This document shows positions 18,933-29,329 of a stretch of 64,000 nucleotides of DNA, piece by piece. The notes beneath the pieces were generated by a model that did not search any database, was not told where the DNA came from, and saw only the letters and a program-made list of their open reading frames with translations. Position 1 is the first letter of the stretch; each line of letters opens with the position of its first letter. The position numbers and the translations under genes are program-made. The stretch is from Oscillospiraceae bacterium. Its GTDB lineage: Bacteria > Bacillota > Clostridia > Oscillospirales > CAG-272. The stretch covers positions 210-64,209 of the forward strand of contig SVSH01000011.1 of NCBI GenBank assembly GCA_015064395.1. The letters run 5' to 3'.

Positions 18933-19652
18933 TCACTCCTCGCTCTCCTCTGCAACCTCGAAGGGTAAGACGATCTTGTCGTTCTTATTTTCCGCATGAA
19001 CGACCTCGATCTTATAGACGCCCGGCTTGACCTGGCTGCTGACCTTCCATTCCCAAACGAGACTTCCGTCCTCGGCCGCCACGAGGGGCGCGAGCGCCTT
19101 TGCCGTCGACACACCGCCGGCATAATACACCTTGATCTTGTATTGCTCGCCCGGCATTCCAAACACACTGACTCTGCCCATGCCTCCCGGGGCTACTGCC
19201 GCCGTGTGGACATCAAGCGTGATGGTCGAGGGTATCGCGTCTTCGTCTGCCTCGTCCCCGTTCGTGTCGCCCTCATCGTCGACAGACTCGCTGATGGCAG
19301 GCACTTCGCCATACAGCACCACCCCGGCCTTCGAGATGGCGGCAACGCTACCGTCGTCCTTCATGTAAACGTCCACGGTCGCCTCGCCCATCCAAATGTG
19401 GTAGTAAGCTCTGTCGGCATCGTCCGTCGCGGGATAGGCAAACAGCACCTCGCCCGCCATGCCCTGCTCTATCAGCAGATCGAGCAGCGCTTCCGCTTGC
19501 CACTCGTCAAGGGTCATCGCCTCTGAAAGACAAGAGAGCGAGGATGCACGCATGTCTCCTTCAGATGCGCCCAAGTCCGGTCGCTCGGGGGCACATCCCG
19601 CAAACAACGACAACAAGAGCACCAAAGCAAACAAAACGAACCTGTGCTTCAT
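18933..19652 (-). CDS. Hypothetical lipoprotein
   Basis: Signal peptide and lipobox FAGC; start overlaps the stop of the upstream HTH gene. Confidence 0.75.
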   Translation of the reverse strand: MKHRFVLFALVLLLSLFAGCAPERPDLGASEGDMRASSLSCLSEAMTLDEWQAEALLDLLIEQGMAGEVLFAYPATDDADRAYYHIWMGEATVDVYMKDDGSVAAISKAGVVLYGEVPAISESVDDEGDTNGDEADEDAIPSTITLDVHTAAVAPGGMGRVSVFGMPGEQYKIKVYYAGGVSTAKALAPLVAAEDGSLVWEWKVSSQVKPGVYKIEVVHAENKNDKIVLPFEVAEESEE

Positions 19653-19906
19653 GCTTTATCTCCCCGATCCTTCGTTACGCTACGGGATTTGACGCGAGGA
19701 ACGGGATTGGGAACGCACACCAAAACCTCGCCCAGATCGCACTGCAACGCCTCGCAGATCAGGTCAAAGTGCTCCAGGTTGATGCGCTCCGCCAGCTCGT
19801 GATAATATTCGTTGATGGTAGACGGACGAATGCCCGTCGCACGGGCCAGATCCGCTTGTGTCCACCGCATTTCACCTAATTTTTTAGATAGCAAAATTCG
19901 TATCAT
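19649..19906 (-). CDS. XRE/HTH_26-type transcriptional regulator
   Basis: WTQADLARATGIRPSTINEYY...ICEALQCDLGEVL; GGAGG RBS. Confidence 0.88.
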   Translation of the reverse strand: MIRILLSKKLGEMRWTQADLARATGIRPSTINEYYHELAERINLEHFDLICEALQCDLGEVLVCVPNPVPRVKSRSVTKDRGDKA

Positions 19907-20117
19907 GTCGCACCTCCGCTTTTTGTTATATTCTAACAAAATTCGATCATTTTGACATTAATTTGTTATAAAATAACGGTTTTCGTTATTTTTCGGCATA
20001 ATTCAGCGTGCCAGATATTTTACTACTTTTTTGTGGATCACTCTTGCAAGTCGAAGGGTTTTCGTATATAATAGGATAAAGTACTGTTTATATTAAGGAA
20101 GAAGGAGGCTTGGTGCC

Positions 20118-21551
20118 ATGTCACGGACGATCGATCCCCATACCGCACCCTTGCCCGGCGGCCGCTTGGCCGATCTGGCAACCGACGCACCCGTATGCGT
20201 GCTGGGCTTTGGCATTTCCAATCGCCCCCTTGTACATATTCTCCGCCGTCTCACCCCGCATTTGACCGTCTACGACAGCCGCACACCCGAGGAATTGGGA
20301 GAGGAGGCACTCGAGGCACAGATGGCCGGCGTGCGCTTTACGACCGACCCCCAAGCGGCGATGGAACCGCCCCCCGCCCTCATTTTCCGCACCCCCGGCA
20401 TTCGTCCCGACCATCCCGCCATTCTCTCGGCGGTGGCGCAGGGAGCGGAACTGACGAGCGAGATGGCCTGGTTTTTGGAGATCACTCCCGCCACCGTGCT
20501 GGGCATTACCGGCTCGGACGGTAAGACGACTACCTCCACCCTGACTGCCAAGATGCTGGAAGCGGCAGGCAAGACCGTTTACCTTGGCGGCAACATCGGT
20601 CAGCCCCTTTTGCCGCTCGCCCCCCTGATGACAGCCGACGATTTTGCCGTGGTGGAGTTGTCCAGTTTTCAACTCATGGACCTGCCGCCGCATTGCGTTC
20701 CGCATCGCGCGGTACTCACCAACGTAACCCCCAACCATCTCAACTGGCATCCTGATATGCGGGAATACACCCTCGCCAAGACCCACATTTATGCGGGAAA
20801 GCGCTGTGAGCGCCTGGTGACCAACGCCGACAATGAGACCACCGCGGCCCTGGCCGCCGCCGAGGTCGGCACGAGACAGGTGATAACCTTTTCTACCCGC
20901 CAAGACCTCTCCCAAGGCAGGTCTCTTTGCCTCAAGGACGGTCACATCACGCTCCGTCAAGACGGGGGGGACACGCCGCTGTTGTCCCTTGACGACATTC
21001 GCCTGCCCGGCGAGCACAACGTGCAAAACTACATGAGCGCCCTGGGGCTTGTCCACGATCTTCTCCCCCCCGATGCCATTCGCACCGTGGCAACCACCTT
21101 CGGTGGCGTCGCGCATCGTCTGGAGGCCGTCCGACAGCGCCGCGGCGTGACCTACTATAACAGCTCCATCGACTCCACCCCCGCCCGCACAACGGCCGCG
21201 CTGTCGGCGCTGACTCAACCCGTGGTGGCCATCTGCGGCGGCTATGACAAAGGGATCGATTTTGCCCCCTTGGCCGACGCGCTCTGCACCCGCGTTCGGG
21301 CAGTTGTCCTGACGGGTGCAACCGCCGACAAGATATACCGCGCCATCCTTTCCTGCCCCGTATACGACGAGCACCTCTTGACCGTTGTGCGCGAGCCCGA
21401 TTTTGAAAAAGCCGTGCTCGCCGCCTCAGCCCTTGCCAATCCCGGCGATGCCGTTCTGCTCTCCCCCGCCTGCGCCAGCTTTGACGCATTCCCCAATTTT
21501 GAAGTGCGGGGACATACCTTTACACGAATTGTAAACAACATGGAAGAATAA
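20118..21551 (+). CDS. murD: UDP-N-acetylmuramoyl-L-alanine--D-glutamate ligase
   Basis: GITGSDGKTTT, GGNIG, ELSSFQL, NHLNWH, HRLE, LLSPACASFD. Confidence 0.93.
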   Translation: MSRTIDPHTAPLPGGRLADLATDAPVCVLGFGISNRPLVHILRRLTPHLTVYDSRTPEELGEEALEAQMAGVRFTTDPQAAMEPPPALIFRTPGIRPDHPAILSAVAQGAELTSEMAWFLEITPATVLGITGSDGKTTTSTLTAKMLEAAGKTVYLGGNIGQPLLPLAPLMTADDFAVVELSSFQLMDLPPHCVPHRAVLTNVTPNHLNWHPDMREYTLAKTHIYAGKRCERLVTNADNETTAALAAAEVGTRQVITFSTRQDLSQGRSLCLKDGHITLRQDGGDTPLLSLDDIRLPGEHNVQNYMSALGLVHDLLPPDAIRTVATTFGGVAHRLEAVRQRRGVTYYNSSIDSTPARTTAALSALTQPVVAICGGYDKGIDFAPLADALCTRVRAVVLTGATADKIYRAILSCPVYDEHLLTVVREPDFEKAVLAASALANPGDAVLLSPACASFDAFPNFEVRGHTFTRIVNNMEE

Positions 21552-21565
21552 AAAGGAGGACTCTC

Positions 21566-22465
21566 ATGCAAAACCAACATATCCCCCCTTGTGCCAAGGA
21601 GACACGCGCGCTGGCACGCGAAACACTGAAGGGCCAGTGGCCCATCGCCATTCTGGTCAATTTCCTGGCGGGAATTCTGGGCGGTTCCGGCAGTAGCTCG
21701 CCCCAATTCAACGTAGACCTCAGCGGTCTTGACTTCAACGTTGACCTGCCCACGCCCCCCTCCGACGACATTGGCATCATCGGCGGTTCTGATTTTGCCG
21801 TCCAGTTTTCGACCGCTTTGCAGTCGCTGTGGCCTATCTTGATCCCCTTTGTGATTTCCGTCCTGGCCGTTTCGCTTGTCTTTCTTGTCATCGGCCCTTG
21901 CATTCACTGGGGGCTGTGCCGCTTCCGCCTGGGCTTGGTAGACGGGGAGCAACCGGGTGTCGGCACGCTGTTTTCCGGCTTTGGTAATATGTTCCTCAAG
22001 GCACTGGGACTTTCGCTGGTGCAGGCCGTGATCATCTTTCTGATATCGCTCGCCGTCTTCATTCCCGCCATGGTGATTGGCATCGTCTCCGCCATCTTTG
22101 AGACCACGGTGGTGTTGATCCCGTTGATCTTTGTGATCGCCATTGCCGGTTCTGCCGCTATGATCATTGTTGCCTACCGCTTCAGCATGAGCTTTTACAT
22201 TTTGGCCGACAACCCCGACATGGACATTATGGGCACGCTGCACGAGTCGGCCCGCATGATGAAGGGCAATAAGTGGCGCCTGTTTTGCCTGCAGATCAGC
22301 TTTATCGGCTGGTCGCTGCTCTGCGTGCTGACGGGCGGCTTGGGAGCGATCGTACTGGCTCCCTACACCGGACAAGCCGAGGCTGTCTTTTATCATCACG
22401 TCTCGGGCCGTGCCGCCGTTCGCGAGGCAGTGGAGGAATTGGCAGAGATCAGTGAGGGATTGTAA
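21566..22465 (+). CDS. DUF975-family membrane protein
   Basis: YILADNP...ESARMMKGNKWRLFCLQISFIGW...PY pattern. Confidence 0.82.
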   Translation: MQNQHIPPCAKETRALARETLKGQWPIAILVNFLAGILGGSGSSSPQFNVDLSGLDFNVDLPTPPSDDIGIIGGSDFAVQFSTALQSLWPILIPFVISVLAVSLVFLVIGPCIHWGLCRFRLGLVDGEQPGVGTLFSGFGNMFLKALGLSLVQAVIIFLISLAVFIPAMVIGIVSAIFETTVVLIPLIFVIAIAGSAAMIIVAYRFSMSFYILADNPDMDIMGTLHESARMMKGNKWRLFCLQISFIGWSLLCVLTGGLGAIVLAPYTGQAEAVFYHHVSGRAAVREAVEELAEISEGL

Positions 22466-22475
22466 TCAGGTTTTT

Positions 22476-22955
22476 CACAAATCCTCCTACAGCCTCGCAC
22501 AGCTCACCTCGACTTCGTCGAGCTGCGCGCGCTCGGTGACAAGTATATGTTACTTCTTGCCTCGTGGCAAGAAGTAACCAAGAAACACGCCAAAGGGCCT
22601 AATGCCCTTTGGATTCCCGCAGTGCGCCACGGTGAAATAAATTTCACCTGATTGTGGCGCAAAAGCATACATCTTCAGCGCTTGCAAACGCGAGTTAAAG
22701 AAACTCGCGCTCACTTCAGAGCAAAAGCCCTTGCTTTCTCTGCCTGCCGCTCGTGTAGGCTAAAGTTGAGGCACAGCATTAAAGGTTTATATGTGATCTC
22801 TCTTGTTCCTCTTTGAAGAGCGGCAATGCCGGGGGTTCCCAGGGGGAACGCCTGGGTTCATTTTCTTGGTTACTTCTTTGTTGAATGACAAAGAAGTAAC
22901 ATTATGCCAACGCCGCCGCGTTGTGGCGGCGACAAACAAAAGAAGAAGTTGTTAC
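22476..22955 (-). repeat. Family-1 element, copy C (core reversed)
   Basis: Reverse-complement core CTTGCTTTCTCTGCCTGCCGCTCGTG and CCCAGGGGGAACGCCTGGG; two GTTACTTCTT..AAGAAGTAAC hairpins. Confidence 0.88.
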
Positions 22956-22997
22956 ACTATCAGATAAACCAAATCATCTCCCCCCGAAAGGAACACC

Positions 22998-24257
22998 ATG
23001 CAGTATTCAAATGAAATTCTAACCCTTGCCGCCAAGGCAGAAAAAGACCTTGCCCCCCATTTTGCCCGCATCGACCGCATCGCCTTTGAAAACACCCAAC
23101 GCGTCATGGATGCTTTCCGTGAATTTCGCGTTTCCGACTCCATGTTTGGCTCTACCTCGGGCTACGGCTACGATGACCGTGGCCGAGACACGCTCGACGA
23201 GATCTGGGCAAGCGTCATGGGCGCCGAAGCCGCCTTTGTCCGTCAGCAGATTGTCAGCGGCACACAGGCCCTGACCATCGGACTGTTCGGCCTGCTCCGC
23301 CCGGGCGACCTGATGCTGTCCGTTGCAGGCAAGCCCTACGACACACTGGAGGAGGTCATCGGCATCGTTGGCACCCCCGGCGACGGCTCCTTGCGCGATT
23401 TTGGCGTGGACTACGCCCAGATCGATCTGACAAAGGAGGGCAAATTTGACTTCCCTGCCATTCGCGAGGCACTTCTTGCCAATATGGGAAGAGTTAAGAT
23501 GGTGTTCGTTCAGCGCTCCAAGGGATACCTCAACCGCCGCACGCTGACGGTGGACGAGATCGGTGAGCTCGTTACCTTTGTCAAGAGCATCTCGCCCGAC
23601 TCTTACGTCGTTGTCGATAACTGCTACGGCGAGTTTGTCGAGGACCGCGAGCCCACTGCCGTTGGCGCCGATATGATTATCGGCTCACTCATCAAAAACC
23701 CCGGTGGCGGCATGGCCGAGACGGGCGGCTATATTGCCGGTACTCGCCGCGCCGTCGAGCTGGCCAGCTACCGTCTGACCTCGGTTGGCTGCGGCACGGA
23801 GGTGGGCGCGACGTTGGGACAGAATAAAATGATGTACAAGGGGCTGTTCTACGCCCCCCATACCGTCGCCCAAGCCCTCAAGAGCGCACATCTGGTCGCC
23901 TACCTGTTCGAGCAGCTGGGCTGTGCCGTCGAGCCGCGTTGGGACGAGGCTCGCTCGGATATTATCCAAACCGTCATCACAGGCTCTGCCGAGGGCCTTT
24001 GCGCCTTCTGCCGCGGCATTCAGGCGGGGTCGCCTGTCGATTCGTTCGTCACGCCCGAGCCTTGGGCAATGCCGGGCTATACCGACGAGGTCATCATGGC
24101 CGCGGGTGCCTTTACCCAAGGCTCGTCCATCGAGATGAGCGCGGACGGTCCGCTCCGCCCCCCCTACACCGCCTATTTCCAGGGCGGTCTGACCTATGAG
24201 AGCGCCAAGATCGGCATTCTTGCCGCCGCTGACCGGCTGTTGCAGAGCAAAGCATAA
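22998..24257 (+). CDS. PLP-dependent YnbB / aluminium-resistance (methionine gamma-lyase-like) protein
   Basis: GYGYDDRGRD, GKPYDTLEEVIG, VDNCYGEFVE, GSLIKNPGGG, YFQGGLT. Confidence 0.9.
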   Translation: MQYSNEILTLAAKAEKDLAPHFARIDRIAFENTQRVMDAFREFRVSDSMFGSTSGYGYDDRGRDTLDEIWASVMGAEAAFVRQQIVSGTQALTIGLFGLLRPGDLMLSVAGKPYDTLEEVIGIVGTPGDGSLRDFGVDYAQIDLTKEGKFDFPAIREALLANMGRVKMVFVQRSKGYLNRRTLTVDEIGELVTFVKSISPDSYVVVDNCYGEFVEDREPTAVGADMIIGSLIKNPGGGMAETGGYIAGTRRAVELASYRLTSVGCGTEVGATLGQNKMMYKGLFYAPHTVAQALKSAHLVAYLFEQLGCAVEPRWDEARSDIIQTVITGSAEGLCAFCRGIQAGSPVDSFVTPEPWAMPGYTDEVIMAAGAFTQGSSIEMSADGPLRPPYTAYFQGGLTYESAKIGILAAADRLLQSKA

Positions 24258-24352
24258 AAGACACGAAAAGTTTACGATTGTCCCCTATTTTCGTCATGTC
24301 TTTGTGTTATGCTGATCCCAGAAATTCAAAACCACGGAAGGACATTTGATCC

Positions 24353-25405
24353 ATGAAACAACGCTTACTGCGTACGCTTACGCTACTTTTGGCCGTCTGC
24401 CTGCTCGGCGCTTGCCTGATCGGCTGTAAATCGCTCGAGGACGCTGACCTGCCCGAAAATATGAAGCATGCCACCGTCGAGGGCGCCTACTATCGACTGT
24501 ATCTCCCCAACGACTGGAATCTGCTGACCGAAACGGGCGTCTCGGGCGGCTACGCCTCGATGCAGAACAAGGCGGTGATCTACGTTAAGGAATATGACAA
24601 TCCCGACGCGCTGACGGCGGCCGACTTTTGGTCTGCCTTTCTCGTTCCTGCTCTGCTCCAAACCTTTGATGACGGTCAGGACGTTTCGTCTCTGACCCCA
24701 ATGGAGACCAAGCTGAACGAGCACGACGCCCTTGCCATCGCCTACGAGGGCACCCGTGAAATGGTGACCTATCAAGGTCAGGACGTCGTCTGCCCCAAGG
24801 GCAACAAAATTTACGTTCTGACGTATTGTGCAAGAAAGGACCTGTACGAGGGCTATCTGGGTGTATTTGACACCGTCAAAACCAACTTTGCCTTTAAGGA
24901 CACGCCGTTTGAGCCCGAGGAGCCCATCAACACGGTTGATCCCGATGCCGAAGCCCCCGAGGGTATGCAGCTGGCATCCAACGACGACGTGGCTTATCGC
25001 TTCTACGTTCCCAAGAGTTGGGTACTGGACAAGAACCTCCCCACCTCGTCGGCATACGTCTCCGAGAGTGACCGCTCCAACGTGAACGTGACCGTGTATA
25101 TGCCCGACGAGGGCGCGTTTGCCACAGTGGATGATTATTTCAACTTCTGCTTGGACGAGCTCAAGCAGGCTATGACCATCCAAGGCGAGGTTGAGAGCGA
25201 GGAGATCACGATAGACGGTCGCAAAGGAAAGATATATCGCTACACCGCAAACCTCCAGGGCAGAACCTACCGTTTCGCCCAGGCGATCGCTTCTTATCGC
25301 GGCATGATCTACACCGTGACCTACACGGCCACGCCGGACGCCTTCGGCACTCACTACCAGACATATCTCGATATTCTCTCTGCCTTTGATTTCAGAGGAA
25401 ACTGA
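24353..25405 (+). CDS. Lipoprotein with two tandem PsbP/DcrB-like domains
   Basis: Lipobox LIGC; internal duplication YRLYLPNDW...LTY versus YRFYVPKSW...VTY. Confidence 0.7.
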   Translation: MKQRLLRTLTLLLAVCLLGACLIGCKSLEDADLPENMKHATVEGAYYRLYLPNDWNLLTETGVSGGYASMQNKAVIYVKEYDNPDALTAADFWSAFLVPALLQTFDDGQDVSSLTPMETKLNEHDALAIAYEGTREMVTYQGQDVVCPKGNKIYVLTYCARKDLYEGYLGVFDTVKTNFAFKDTPFEPEEPINTVDPDAEAPEGMQLASNDDVAYRFYVPKSWVLDKNLPTSSAYVSESDRSNVNVTVYMPDEGAFATVDDYFNFCLDELKQAMTIQGEVESEEITIDGRKGKIYRYTANLQGRTYRFAQAIASYRGMIYTVTYTATPDAFGTHYQTYLDILSAFDFRGN

Positions 25406-25406
25406 T

Positions 25407-26570
25407 ATGAATCCGATTTATCTTGATAACAGCGCGACCACGGCCCTCTCGCCCGCCGCCAAGCAGGCTATGATCGAGGCCATGGATTGCTACGGCAACC
25501 CCTCCTCGCTGCATACGGTAGGGCGAACAGCGGCCGCTATGCTCAACACGGCACGCGCCTCTATCGCCACCTCTCTGGGGTTGCGTCGCCTCGCCCCCGG
25601 CGAGCTGGTCTTCACCTCCTGCGGAAGTGAAGCCAACAGCCTGGCCCTTTTGGGAACGGCCTACGCCAAAGCCCGCCGAACTGCCAACCGTATTATCACC
25701 ACTGATTCAGAGCATCCCGCCGTGGAAAACGTGATGGGACAGCTGGAAAAGGATGGCTTTGAGATCATCCGTATCGCCACGCGCGGCGGCGTTTTGGACA
25801 TGGAACAGCTGGACCGCGCCCTCAACGACCGCGTATTTATGATCAGCATGATGATGGTCAACAACGAAACGGGGGCTTTATACGACGTCAAGCGCGCCTT
25901 TTCGCTCGCTCGCACCCGCTCGCCCGGCGTCATCACCCACACCGATGCCGTTCAAGGCTATCTCAAGTGCCGTTTCACGCCGGCCTCTCTTGGCGCGGAT
26001 CTGGTCACGGTCAGTGCCCACAAGGTGCACGGCCCCAAGGGCGTCGGCGCGTTGTATATCAATCCCGCCCTGCTCAAGGCCAAGCAGATCGTCCCCCGTC
26101 TTTTGGGCGGCGGACAGGAAAACGGCCTGCGCTCGGGCACGGAAAACCTGCCCGGCATTGCCGCCTTTGGTGCGTCTGTCGCCGAGCTGTATCCCCGCCT
26201 GGATGGGGATATCGCCCACATGAGTACCTTGCGTGACCGTCTGATCGCGGGTCTGCAAGCGATCGGAGTGGGAGTCAAATTACCCGCCGGTGCCAGCGCC
26301 CCTCACATCGTCAATTTGACGTTGCCCAATATCAAAAGTGAGGTCATGCTTCACTTTTTGGATGCGCGCGGCATTTGTGTCTCGGCAGGCTCTGCCTGCT
26401 CGACGCACGCACGAGGCATCAGCCGTGCTCTCCTTGCCTTTGGCGCGACCGAGCGGGAGGCCGACTGCTCCCTTCGCGTCAGCCTGTGCGAGACCAACAC
26501 ACAAGAGGAGATCGACGCCCTGCTTGCCGCCGTTGGCGAGGGTCTTGCGTCGCTCATTCGTATCAAATGA
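25407..26570 (+). CDS. Cysteine desulfurase (IscS/NifS family)
   Basis: IYLDNSATT, GNPSSLH, HTDAVQ, SAHKVHGPKG, RSGTEN, SAGSAC. Confidence 0.92.
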   Translation: MNPIYLDNSATTALSPAAKQAMIEAMDCYGNPSSLHTVGRTAAAMLNTARASIATSLGLRRLAPGELVFTSCGSEANSLALLGTAYAKARRTANRIITTDSEHPAVENVMGQLEKDGFEIIRIATRGGVLDMEQLDRALNDRVFMISMMMVNNETGALYDVKRAFSLARTRSPGVITHTDAVQGYLKCRFTPASLGADLVTVSAHKVHGPKGVGALYINPALLKAKQIVPRLLGGGQENGLRSGTENLPGIAAFGASVAELYPRLDGDIAHMSTLRDRLIAGLQAIGVGVKLPAGASAPHIVNLTLPNIKSEVMLHFLDARGICVSAGSACSTHARGISRALLAFGATEREADCSLRVSLCETNTQEEIDALLAAVGEGLASLIRIK

Positions 26571-26647
26571 TCTCTATTCGCGGGAACACCGTGAATATGA
26601 TATAAAAAAACAAGCAATAATGAATAAAAAGTATGGAGGAACACATC

Positions 26648-27307
26648 ATGAAAACTTACAAATGCAAAGTATGCGGCGAGATTTTCCAGGTCCCCGAAGG
26701 CGAGACCGCCGTATGCCCCCGTTGCCACGTGATCGGTGACAAGCTGGAGGAGGTCGTTGCAAACGACAAGAAGACCAAGTATGCAGGCACCCAGACTGAA
26801 AAGAACCTGCAGGCCGCCTTTGCCGGTGAGTCCCAGGCAAGAAACAAGTACACCTATTATGCATCCAAGGCCAAGAAGGAAGGCTACGAGCAGATCGCAG
26901 CCCTGTTCCTCAAGACGGCAGAGAACGAAAAGGAGCACGCCAAGATGTGGTTCAAGGAGCTGGCCGGCATCGGCGACACCGCCCAAAACCTGGCAGATGC
27001 CGCTGACGGTGAGAACTACGAATGGACGGACATGTACGCTGGCTTTGCCGAGACGGCAGAGAAGGAAGGTTTCCATGATTTGGCTCGCAAGTTCCGTCTG
27101 GTTGCCGCGATTGAGAAGCATCATGAGGAGCGTTATCGCGCTCTGCTTCGCAACGTTGAGACGGCACAGGTATTCGAAAAGAGCGAGGTCAAGGTTTGGG
27201 AGTGCCGCAACTGCGGACACATTGTCATTGGCACGAAGGCGCCCGAGGTTTGCCCCACTTGTGATCATCCGCAGAGTTATTTTGAGGTTCATGCGGAGAA
27301 TTATTAA
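26648..27307 (+). CDS. Rubrerythrin with an extra N-terminal CxxC..CxxC domain
   Basis: [27 protein letters not shown]-terminal WECRNCG..CPTCDHP; N-terminal CKVC..CPRC. Confidence 0.92.
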   Translation: MKTYKCKVCGEIFQVPEGETAVCPRCHVIGDKLEEVVANDKKTKYAGTQTEKNLQAAFAGESQARNKYTYYASKAKKEGYEQIAALFLKTAENEKEHAKMWFKELAGIGDTAQNLADAADGENYEWTDMYAGFAETAEKEGFHDLARKFRLVAAIEKHHEERYRALLRNVETAQVFEKSEVKVWECRNCGHIVIGTKAPEVCPTCDHPQSYFEVHAENY

Positions 27308-27352
27308 AATAGGCAAGGGAGATTTCCAAAAGGAAATCTCCCTTGTGTTTTA

Positions 27353-27844
27353 GCTAAATTTTAAACAACTTCTTCTATTGACGCGCGTACAGCTTCGCGC
27401 CGCGCTGTGCCGCATGGATGCCATTTCTTTGTCGTTCCACAAAGAAATGGCGAAAGAAAAGGAACCCGGACGTTCCCTCCGGGGCCTCCCTCCTTTGCCG
27501 CTCTGCAAAGAGAAAGACGAGAGGTTATATATACACTTTTCATGCTGTGCCTCCAATTTTGCCACCACGAGCGGCAGACAAAAAAAGCAAGAATTTTTGC
27601 CTTAAAGTGAGCGCGGTCTTTCTTTAAGCCGCGCTCGCAAGTGTTGAAGATGTAGGCTTTTGTGCCACCATCAGGCAAAAATTATTTTGCCGTGGCGCAC
27701 TGCAGGGTTCCAAGGGACATTAGGTCCCTTGGCGCCTTTCTTCCGCCACTTCTTGGGGCGCGCCAAGAAGTGGCATTATTCGCACAGCGCGCCGCGTTGT
27801 GGCGCGCCCGGGAATAGGAAGCTAAATTTCAAACAACTTCTTTT
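27353..27844 (+). repeat. Family-1 element, copy D (direct terminal repeats)
   Basis: AGCTAAATTT(T/C)AAACAACTTCTT at both 27352 and 27820; full module set. Confidence 0.9.
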
Positions 27845-27901
27845 ACGGCCGCGCCGTCCGGCTACACAAGCTCCAAAACTTTAGTCTCCCCCTGCTCCTC
27901 G

Positions 27902-29317
27902 TCACTTCCCCACACAAAAATGGGAAAAGATCTCATGCACGACATCCTCTCCAATCTCTCTGCCATCCAGCTCTGACAGCGCAGACATTGCTGCCGTCAG
28001 ATCCACACAGCACAGATCCATCGGGAGTCCCTCACACAAGGCATCCAGCGCACCGCGCAATGCCTCCGTCGCCCTTGTGACCGTCGCCATCTGTCGGGCG
28101 TTGACGACGACGGCGTCGTCGCGCAAGGAAAGCGAGCCGTCGACGAACAGCGTATCGACCAGGTCGGCAAGTGCCTCAATGCCCGCTCCGCTCTTGGCTG
28201 AGATGGTCATCGAATGCGCGATCTTAGCCGTGACGGCGGCACACACCTCGGAGGAGATTCGCGTATCGCAGACCGCATCGAATTTATTTAGCAGAGCGAT
28301 TACGGTGCCTCTTGGCATATCGCGAGCCGCCAGCTCGTCGAGCAGAGCGTGCTCCTCGTCTGTCAAGGGGCGAGTGAGATCAAACAGCGCCAGGATCAGC
28401 TCGGCATCGTCCATCGCGCGGCGGGCGCGGTCAATTCCGATGCGCTCGACTTGATCCTCCGTGGCGCGAAGCCCTGCCGTATCGTAAAGGCGCAGCGTCA
28501 CGCGCCCAAGGGTCGTCGTCTCGCTCAGAATGTCGCGTGTTGTGCCTTCGATGTCGGTCACAATGGCCGCTTCTCGTCCAAGCAATTGATTATACAGCGA
28601 GCTCTTACCCACGTTGGTGCGACCGCAAATGACCGTCGGGATGCCCTCGGCGATGGCGTGACCGGTGCGATAGGTGCTGCCAAGCGCGATCAGTTCATCC
28701 TGCACCCGTTGAAGGCTTTCGATGATCTCCTCTCGACTCATTTCGCTCAGATCCTCGTCAGGAAAATCAATACAAGCCAGCACCGAGGTCAGCACCGTCC
28801 GCATCTGCTCGTAGCAGTCTCTGCTTCGCGCTTCCAATTTGCCGTGGAGTCCACCCAAGGCCAGCGTCATCTGTCCTTTGTTTTGCGCCTCAAGCAAAGA
28901 TCCGATCGCCTCGGCGGCGCCAAGACCGATCTTGCCGTTGAGAAAGGCGCGGCGGGTAAATTCCCCCGGCTCGGCCATGCGTGCGCCGGCCGCCAGTAGC
29001 GCAGACAGAATGGTCTGCGTCAACAAAATGCCGCCGTGGCAGTTGATCTCCACCGTATCCTCGCCCGTAAAGGAAGCAGGCGCGCGGAAGACGGTAGCCA
29101 GGCCATCGTCCACCGGTAGCCACTTCTCGCCCTCGGGAGCCAGGATCGTGCCGTAGGTGGCGGTACGCGCGGCAATCTCGTTCAGTTGCTTGCCGCTCTT
29201 GGGCAAAAACACGCGCGAGGCAACCTCGACAGCGCCGGCACCACTGACACGCAGGACTGCCACACCGCCCTTGCCGTGGGGCGTGCTGATGGCCGCTATG
29301 GTATCCAATAGTTTCAT
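27902..29317 (-). CDS. mnmE: tRNA modification GTPase MnmE
   Basis: DTIAAISTP, SFTGEDTVEINCHGG, GEFTRRAFLNGK, GRTNVGKSS, DTAGLR, C-terminal FCVGK. Confidence 0.96.
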   Translation of the reverse strand: MKLLDTIAAISTPHGKGGVAVLRVSGAGAVEVASRVFLPKSGKQLNEIAARTATYGTILAPEGEKWLPVDDGLATVFRAPASFTGEDTVEINCHGGILLTQTILSALLAAGARMAEPGEFTRRAFLNGKIGLGAAEAIGSLLEAQNKGQMTLALGGLHGKLEARSRDCYEQMRTVLTSVLACIDFPDEDLSEMSREEIIESLQRVQDELIALGSTYRTGHAIAEGIPTVICGRTNVGKSSLYNQLLGREAAIVTDIEGTTRDILSETTTLGRVTLRLYDTAGLRATEDQVERIGIDRARRAMDDAELILALFDLTRPLTDEEHALLDELAARDMPRGTVIALLNKFDAVCDTRISSEVCAAVTAKIAHSMTISAKSGAGIEALADLVDTLFVDGSLSLRDDAVVVNARQMATVTRATEALRGALDALCEGLPMDLCCVDLTAAMSALSELDGREIGEDVVHEIFSHFCVGK

Positions 29318-29329
29318 CTTGTATCTCCT

